Assembly: GCA_964561475.1 (NCBI GenBank)
Contig: CAZLPU010000011.1
Span: 5,021 to 69,020 of the forward strand
Source of the DNA: an uncultured Alphaproteobacteria bacterium
GTDB taxonomy: Bacteria; Pseudomonadota; Alphaproteobacteria; JAJFIK01
Length of the DNA stretch: 64,000 nucleotides
Direction of reading: 5' to 3'
Part shown: in pieces, positions 58,438 through 64,000 of the stretch
Layout: every line of letters begins with the position of its first letter
Position numbering within the stretch: the first letter of the stretch is position 1
The notes under the pieces: model-generated
Seen by the model: the letters and a program-made list of their open reading frames with translations, nothing else
Told to the model about the DNA's origin: nothing
Databases searched by the model: none
Made by a program: the position numbers and the translations under genes

Positions 58438-58896
58438 ATGAGCACGGAATCGACCAGAAGCTGGCTGAGCGAATTCAACCATCCGAAAGCCTGGATGGCG
58501 GCACCCGCCGGCTGTCTGATGGGGTTCGGTGCCCTGCTTCTGGTCGGGGCCATTCTCGTCATGGCCCTGATGACCACGGTGCTGCCCGGATATCGCTCTA
58601 CCGCATCCTACCAGGCCGTGTTCGACACGATAAATGCCCACCCCACCGCCGTGGGGCATCTGGGTACGCCGATCCGGGAAACCGGGCTGATCTCGGATGT
58701 TTCGAACCATGACGCAGGCGACGGGTTTCTACGCCGGCGTCTTGTCCTGCGGGTGGCGGGTCCCCTGGGGGAGGCGACGCTTTTCAGTGTCATTGTGGAG
58801 AGCGAGGAAGACGCCCGGCTTCACGTGTTGCGGCTGACTCTGACCGACGGCACGCGTGTGGTGATCCATGGGCGGAACACCGGCGCCACTCTGTAG
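58438..58896 (+). CDS. Small membrane-anchored protein, possibly the Coa1 (cytochrome oxidase complex assembly protein 1) family
   Basis: 152 aa. Single N-terminal TM. C-terminal domain with Coa1-like pattern (SYQAV..TINAHP.V...LGTPI...G). ATG 10 nt after the crotonase stop. Confidence 0.4.
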   Translation: MSTESTRSWLSEFNHPKAWMAAPAGCLMGFGALLLVGAILVMALMTTVLPGYRSTASYQAVFDTINAHPTAVGHLGTPIRETGLISDVSNHDAGDGFLRRRLVLRVAGPLGEATLFSVIVESEEDARLHVLRLTLTDGTRVVIHGRNTGATL

Positions 58897-58926
58897 CGCC
58901 GTTCGCTCAGGCCACCGCCAACCCGT

Positions 58927-60777
58927 TCAGATCCGCCCGCCCGCCGGGACATCCGCCTGACCCATAAGCGTGCGCAGGGACTGGCCCTGGGTTTCCAGAA
59001 CCTCGACCGTGTGCCGGTAGCCCGCCTCAATGGCGGTATCGAAGGACTGCCAGTCCGGCACACCGATGGAACCGAGGGGAGGGGCGAGCACCAGATCGGC
59101 CCGGGCTCTCGCCCGTTTCGACTGCATTTCACTGTTCACGGTCCCGGCGCGCATCAGCAGGCTGATAATGCTGGGTCCGGTCCACATCGTATCCCCCAGC
59201 ACGCCCCAGTCGGACCCGGGCCAGTTGTCCGGGTGACTGGTGGAAAAGGCGTCATGGTCCTCGACATCGATCCCGATGACCGGTCCCCGGCCCGCTTCCT
59301 TGAGCAGGGAGACGGGGAAATTATTCATCACCGCGCCGTCCACCAGCACATGACCCCGGCGCACCACCGGCGTCAAAACACCGGGAATGGCGATACTGGC
59401 CCGCAAGGCCCGCCAGAGCAGGCCTTCCTTATGGATCATCTGGCGACCCTTGGTCAGATTGGCGGAAATGCACTGGAACGGCAGCCAAAGATCTTCAATC
59501 CGCATGCTGCCGAAATTTTCCTCCAGAAGACGGCTCACTTTCCGGCCCCTGACAAAGGCAAACCGGGGAATGGTCACGTCACTCAAAGGGTTGGTTTCCA
59601 CGAAACTGCGGCGCATGCGTTCGGTGAACTCGTCGAGAGTCCAGCCGGTGGCGATCCCCGCCGCCACGATGCCCCCCATGCTCGTCCCGCACAGGCTGTC
59701 GATGGGGATGCCGGCCTCGTTCAGGGCCCGCATGCAGCCCAGATGAGCAAACCCCCGTGCTCCGCCCCCGGCCAGCACCAGTCCAACGGCCCGGCCGGTC
59801 ATCTGGCGGGCGAGGCGGGCCATGGCTGCCTGGTCGCCCAGGCGCACATTGTGGTGATAGGACGGGTTGAACTGGCGCACCCATGGGGTCGATGAGGTCG
59901 GCCGCTCGGTTCCCGGAGGATAAAGCACCGCCAGTTCCGCCGTGCGGCGCGGTCCCTCGAGAAGCAGCTCCTCCATGGGCGTCGTATAGGGGCTGAGCCC
60001 GTTATGGCGGGCCAGGAGCAGCACCCGGTCCGCCTGGCGCAGGCACTGGCGGCTCCACGGGTCCGGCTCGCCGTCGCTGAGATAGAACACATGATCGCAG
60101 CGGGTCTCCAGGGCATGAAGAGAGTCCGTATCGAGACCATCCTGGTCCCTTGTGACCACATGGGTGCGCAACCCCATCGACCGGACCGTCGCCGCGAGCA
60201 TCTCTCCCAGGTCCCGGCACGGCACGCCGGGGGTGACCGGCACCAGGGCAATGGATTTGGGGACGTTCATGCGTTCGTCGATCAGGGAACTGCCGGTCTC
60301 CCTTTGATCCGATGGCAGAACGACGGTATCCCGCAAACGCCGGGCCAGGCTGCGGGCCAGATTGTCCATGATGACCGGGTGGCGGCTGGTCAGGGCCGCA
60401 AATGCCGCCTGGGACACATTCAGCAGTTCGCTATCGCGCAGGGCGATGATGGTGGCAACCCGGGGCTCCCCCAGGAGCAGGGCCATTTCACCCACCGTGT
60501 GGCCCACGCCCACTTCGCCGATCAGAACGTCCTGCCCGGCCTCATCCTGATGATAAAGACCGAACCGTCCGGCGGTGATGATATAGAGACTGTCTCCCGC
60601 ATCTCCCCTGCGCATGAGGGTCTGGCCGCCGGGCAGGCTGAACCATTCCATACCCTCGACGAGCGGGGCCAGGTCATCCGTGGCAACACCCTCGAAGAGG
60701 GCCAGCCTGGAGAGAATGTCCCGGATCCGCTCCGTAGACGGATCCATCACATTCTTGCGTGTCCACCAGAAGGCCAT
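58927..60777 (-). CDS. Cyclic-nucleotide-binding-domain-containing patatin-like phospholipase (NTE/RssA-like)
   Basis: N-terminal CAP-type cNMP-binding domain (GDAGDSLYIITAGRF...GEMALL). Patatin motifs GGGARG and GTSMGG (GxSxG) plus a DGA/DGG catalytic Asp region. ATG 60777 with a GGAGGGGGAAG RBS. Confidence 0.8.
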   Translation of the reverse strand: MAFWWTRKNVMDPSTERIRDILSRLALFEGVATDDLAPLVEGMEWFSLPGGQTLMRRGDAGDSLYIITAGRFGLYHQDEAGQDVLIGEVGVGHTVGEMALLLGEPRVATIIALRDSELLNVSQAAFAALTSRHPVIMDNLARSLARRLRDTVVLPSDQRETGSSLIDERMNVPKSIALVPVTPGVPCRDLGEMLAATVRSMGLRTHVVTRDQDGLDTDSLHALETRCDHVFYLSDGEPDPWSRQCLRQADRVLLLARHNGLSPYTTPMEELLLEGPRRTAELAVLYPPGTERPTSSTPWVRQFNPSYHHNVRLGDQAAMARLARQMTGRAVGLVLAGGGARGFAHLGCMRALNEAGIPIDSLCGTSMGGIVAAGIATGWTLDEFTERMRRSFVETNPLSDVTIPRFAFVRGRKVSRLLEENFGSMRIEDLWLPFQCISANLTKGRQMIHKEGLLWRALRASIAIPGVLTPVVRRGHVLVDGAVMNNFPVSLLKEAGRGPVIGIDVEDHDAFSTSHPDNWPGSDWGVLGDTMWTGPSIISLLMRAGTVNSEMQSKRARARADLVLAPPLGSIGVPDWQSFDTAIEAGYRHTVEVLETQGQSLRTLMGQADVPAGGRI

Positions 60778-60851
60778 GACAGCTTCCCCCTCCAGCACAG
60801 CAGTCATTCCGCTCCATCCGCCCGGGCGCGGACAAAGCCGTGTAAGCAAAT

Positions 60852-61319
60852 TCAGGGATCGGGGGCGGCTTCCACCGTTTTCCACAAGCCCGTCGCGGTC
60901 AGGGCAGGGCGGCGATTCGATCCGTCCGTGCCGAAGGTATCCAGGGTACAGTTCAGAAAGATGATCGAGCGGGTCCGCCGGGTCACCTCGCCATAGCCGT
61001 CAACCACCCCGTCAAGGGGAGCAGAGGCCAGGAAATCGCAATTCACGGATATCCCCCGCAAGGCCTTGTCGGGCATGGCCGCCGCCGCACGCCGGGACAA
61101 CACCTCCTGGGCAAAGGTCATCAGCAGGCCCCCATGGGCGAAACCGTCCTGGTCGAGATGACCTCTACCGATCACCATACGGAACAGGTCCGACCCGTCC
61201 GGCGCCCCGCCTGCCTTGACGTATAGGGGGCCGATGGTGTGCACGAACCCTTCATCGCTCAGGGGCGCCGATCCATCCGGCGTCACGATCGAGTGCGGCG
61301 TAGGCGGGGACTGGGTCAT
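60852..61319 (-). CDS. PaaI-family hotdog thioesterase
   Basis: About 155 aa. HGGLLMTFAQE motif. ATG 61319 with AAGGTG upstream. 18 nt after the dehalogenase stop. Confidence 0.65.
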   Translation of the reverse strand: MTQSPPTPHSIVTPDGSAPLSDEGFVHTIGPLYVKAGGAPDGSDLFRMVIGRGHLDQDGFAHGGLLMTFAQEVLSRRAAAAMPDKALRGISVNCDFLASAPLDGVVDGYGEVTRRTRSIIFLNCTLDTFGTDGSNRRPALTATGLWKTVEAAPDP

Positions 61320-61337
61320 GGCGGGCACCTTGCGCGG

Positions 61338-62237
61338 TTAAAGGCCGAACCGGTCCAGGGCGGCTTCGGCCACGGGACCGCCGTGTTCCTGAAGGAAATG
61401 GCCGCCCTCGGCCACGTCCATGGGCTCCGGACAGTTGCGGATGAAACTGCGCACCTCGCTCATCACCGGCGGTCCCAGCACCGGATCCAGCATGCCCACG
61501 GCCATGAAACTGTCCCCCGCCCAGGCGGTGCTCAGGAAAGAGCGGGATTTGCGCGCCAGATCCACCCCTTCCATGTGAGGGGCAACCATGACCATTTCCG
61601 GAAACCGCCTTACGCCCGCCTTGTAGCTCTGGTCCGGGTAAGGAGCAGCATAGGCGTTCTGTTCCTCCGTACTTAGAAGAGGGACGGCCCGGCCCATGAG
61701 ACCGGCAATGTCCAAATCCGGATTGGCGGCGGAGTAGGCCTTCCAGTCGTCAAATCCCTTGCCCGGGCTGACGCCGATGGGCAGGGCGGTGTTCATGATC
61801 AACAGCCGGCGGATCCGGTCAGGCAGGGTCATGGGCAGACTGAGGCCGAGCAGACCGCCCCAGTCCTGCACCACCAGGAGAATGTTACGCAGATCCAGGG
61901 CACGGATGAACGCGAGAAGGGCATTGCGATGGAAGTTATAGCCGTATACGGACTCTTCCATGGGCTTGTCGGACCGGCCGAAGCCGAACAGGTCCGGCGC
62001 CACCACCCGTACCCCCCGGCTTTCAAACACCGGGATCATCCGGCGGTACAGGAACGACCAGGTGGGCTGACCGTGAAGGCAAAGCGCGGTAACCTCCGCA
62101 TCCCGGGGACCCGTGTCGATATAGGCCATGCGCATGGGTTCATAGCCCGGCAGTCCCTCCACATAGGCGGGCTCATAGGCAAAATCCGGTAAAGCGGCGA
62201 AGCGCTCATCGGGGGTGCGTAGAAACTGCTGGCTCAT
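61338..62237 (-). CDS. Haloalkane dehalogenase-like alpha/beta hydrolase (DhaA/DhlA type)
   Basis: 299 aa. N-terminal ...RTPDERFAALPDFAYEP.Y... typical of haloalkane dehalogenases. HGQPTWS (HGxP), nucleophile DWGG (QDWGGLLG). Cap-domain region. Confidence 0.7.
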   Translation of the reverse strand: MSQQFLRTPDERFAALPDFAYEPAYVEGLPGYEPMRMAYIDTGPRDAEVTALCLHGQPTWSFLYRRMIPVFESRGVRVVAPDLFGFGRSDKPMEESVYGYNFHRNALLAFIRALDLRNILLVVQDWGGLLGLSLPMTLPDRIRRLLIMNTALPIGVSPGKGFDDWKAYSAANPDLDIAGLMGRAVPLLSTEEQNAYAAPYPDQSYKAGVRRFPEMVMVAPHMEGVDLARKSRSFLSTAWAGDSFMAVGMLDPVLGPPVMSEVRSFIRNCPEPMDVAEGGHFLQEHGGPVAEAALDRFGL

Positions 62238-62304
62238 GGACCCGCTCCCTGGACGGTGTCATGCCCTTCGGGTTTCTTACCTCTCGGGCGTTATGGTTCT
62301 GCTT

Positions 62305-62973
62305 CTAGAAGTGCAGGCGCGCGCCTGCCTGGATGATGTGCCCTTTAATATTGATGCTGGCGCCATCCAGACTTGGATTGCGGGTTGTATCAATGAAGCG
62401 ATATTCGGCGCTCACGGTCATCCGCCCATCGAAATCCATGTCGAGACCCGCCATGGCATTATAGGCCGGGACGAAATCATCTTCATCCACCGTCACGGTG
62501 TCGAATGTCACCCGCGCCGCGCCGATGCCGGCCCCGATATGGGGTTGCAGCGGGCCAAGGCCCTCAAAATCCACATAGCCGTTGAGGAAGCCGCCGATGA
62601 GGCTGACCTCGCCCTCGAGGGCCTTTTCATCAATGGTGGCAAAGCCATAGGTTCCTTCGACCTCAACGCGAAACGGGCCCTGGAACCCATAGCCAACCGC
62701 GCCGTTCACGATCAGGCCGGTTTTGGTGTCGATCCCTGCGCTCTGCTCCGCATTGCCATCTTCGTTCAGGTCAAATTCTTCGGCGGTCACATCAAAGAGA
62801 GCGATGCCCACATCCGAGCCGATATAGGCACCGTCCGATGCGCCGGCGGGTCCCGGGACGCTCAGGGCCAGGGCCAGAAGCGTGGCCGCGGTCAGTGGGG
62901 TAAAGGAGGTGAGTCGGGCAGAGCCGGTGGTGCGCCGCGCGCAGGAAGGGACGCGGAAGGAAGAAGCCGTCAT
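62305..62973 (-). CDS. Small outer-membrane beta-barrel protein (OmpW/OmpA-like porin family)
   Basis: Signal peptide (LLALALSVPGPAGA). Alternating amphipathic beta-strands. C-terminal aromatic residue (...ARLHF). 222 aa. GAGGA RBS. Confidence 0.7.
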   Translation of the reverse strand: MTASSFRVPSCARRTTGSARLTSFTPLTAATLLALALSVPGPAGASDGAYIGSDVGIALFDVTAEEFDLNEDGNAEQSAGIDTKTGLIVNGAVGYGFQGPFRVEVEGTYGFATIDEKALEGEVSLIGGFLNGYVDFEGLGPLQPHIGAGIGAARVTFDTVTVDEDDFVPAYNAMAGLDMDFDGRMTVSAEYRFIDTTRNPSLDGASINIKGHIIQAGARLHF

Positions 62974-63293
62974 GGTGGTCCTCGTACAAGCGCACACAAA
63001 GCCGGACGCCCCTGAGGAGCCCCAACCACGGCGCTGCTGGCTGGCCGCCCGTCCGAATGTCCGGATCCGGGAGCGGCTCGATATCCGTGCGGAGTTTTGA
63101 ACCGCCGCACCATTTCAAATCGCGACACTAGCACACAAGATCTGCGGTCTGGACACCCCAGAACAGGCGCGATCATGCTGAAATCGGTGGTGCCCGCCGC
63201 CACGGCAGGTCAGGATATGAGTGTTCACAGGCCGTAAACGCCCCGGCAAATGGGGGAACCGGCCTCATACAGCCTTACCGGGAGGAACAAGAG

Positions 63294-64000
63294 ATGGATT
63301 TCGCCATTCCCGAATGGATCGAAAAGAAAATCGAGGCCATCGACCATTTCATCGACACGGAGATCAAACCCCTCGAAGCCCAGGATGACAACATCCGCTT
63401 TTTCGACCACCGGCGGGAACATGCGCGTACGGACTGGGACAATGGCGGCCAGCCCCGGGAAGAGTGGGAAGCGCTCCTTGGAGAAATGCGCCGCCGGGCG
63501 GACCGGGCCGGCTTCCTGCGTCTGGCTCTGCCCCGGGAATATGGCGGCGAGAACATCGGCAATCTGGCCATGGCCATCATCCGGGAGCATCTGGCGGCCA
63601 AGGGGCTCGGGCTCCACAACGATCTTCAGAATGAAAGCTCCGTGGTCGGTAATATGCCCCAGGTGCTCATGTTCCGGGATTTCGGCACGCCGGAACAGAA
63701 GGAAGAGTTCATTCCCGGCATGCTGGCGGGCACCCACCGGATCGGCTTCGGCCTGACCGAGCCCGATCACGGCTCCGATGCGACCTGGATGGAGACCCGG
63801 GCCGTGCGTGACGGGGCGGGCTGGCGCATCACCGGCCAGAAAATGTGGAACACGGGTCTTCACACCGCCAACTGGGATATGATCTTTGCCCGGACCAGCG
63901 GGAACGACGGCGATCCCCTGGGGATCACCTGTTTCCTGGTGCCCACCGATGCGGAAGGCTTCCATACGGAAGAATTTCTCTGGACCTTCAATATGCCCAC
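63294..64000 (+). CDS. Acyl-CoA dehydrogenase family protein (5' partial, continues past the window end)
   Basis: ATG 63294 with a GGAGGA SD. Translation MDFAIPEWIEKKIEAIDHFID... with ACAD N-terminal features (GLTEPDHGSDATWMETRA). Not in the track because there is no in-window stop. Confidence 0.75.
   Translation, partial: MDFAIPEWIEKKIEAIDHFIDTEIKPLEAQDDNIRFFDHRREHARTDWDNGGQPREEWEALLGEMRRRADRAGFLRLALPREYGGENIGNLAMAIIREHLAAKGLGLHNDLQNESSVVGNMPQVLMFRDFGTPEQKEEFIPGMLAGTHRIGFGLTEPDHGSDATWMETRAVRDGAGWRITGQKMWNTGLHTANWDMIFARTSGNDGDPLGITCFLVPTDAEGFHTEEFLWTFNMP

Noticed and set aside
59011-60996. 294-aa and 330-aa plus-strand ORFs
   Set aside because: Antisense to the cNMP-patatin gene.
62215-63015. 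266-aa plus-strand ORF
   Set aside because: Antisense to the OM beta-barrel gene, which has a signal peptide, beta-strand periodicity and a C-terminal Phe.
1-64000. Mobile elements, CRISPR arrays, prophage, integrase/transposase, rRNA
   Set aside because: No transposase or integrase-like ORF, no inverted-repeat-bounded element, no spacer-repeat array and no rRNA-like conserved blocks were seen. GC content is uniform apart from three short intergenic patches of 100-250 bp.

Overview
This is a high-GC (about 63-65%) chromosomal segment with alphaproteobacterial hallmarks: a class I lysyl-tRNA synthetase, a PodJ-like polarity protein, and TIGR02186/TauE and DUF2256/photolyase gene pairs. I call about 50 protein-coding genes, densely packed on both strands. 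No rRNA, tRNA, CRISPR array, transposase or integrase is detectable, and there is no large GC-deviant island.

Housekeeping and metabolic genes:
- LysRS class I, PyrD, a GNAT acetyltransferase, and MATE and RND efflux systems.
- A MerR-controlled beta-oxidation operon (two acyl-CoA dehydrogenases, a thiolase and a FadB-like multifunctional enzyme), plus a further partial acyl-CoA dehydrogenase at the window end.
- Many hotdog thioesterases.

DNA-repair modules:
- A photolyase-DUF2256-hydrolase operon with a divergent FAD oxidoreductase.
- The complete four-gene ligase-associated DNA-damage-response module (exonuclease and ATP-dependent ligase divergent from Lhr-like DEXH helicase and PdeM).

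Signalling proteins:
- A membrane GGDEF-EAL protein.
- A cNMP-binding patatin-like phospholipase in an operon with a PaaI thioesterase, a haloalkane-dehalogenase-like hydrolase and a small outer-membrane beta-barrel protein.

Envelope and surface proteins:
- A PodJ-like protein.
- A 1209-aa FG-GAP/Calx-beta/RTX exoprotein.
- A YfbK-like vWA lipoprotein.
- A TIGR02186/TauE pair.

I did not find an unambiguous, clearly novel multi-gene system. The most interesting unexplained signals are:
- An orphan promoter plus intrinsic terminator defining a roughly 200-nt sRNA candidate at 50.69-50.89 kb.
- A 46-aa DUF2256 zinc-ribbon gene missed by the ORF track and start-stop overlapped with the photolyase.
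- A cluster of structured hairpins and direct repeats, and an AT-rich patch, upstream of the RND operon, which has no adjacent regulator.
- A C4G10 homopolymer and a 22-bp near-palindromic operator in the podJ-like/merR divergent region.
- An FMO-quinone oxidoreductase-DUF427 operon of unknown substrate.

All functional calls rest on motif and architecture recognition by eye. No database search was run.
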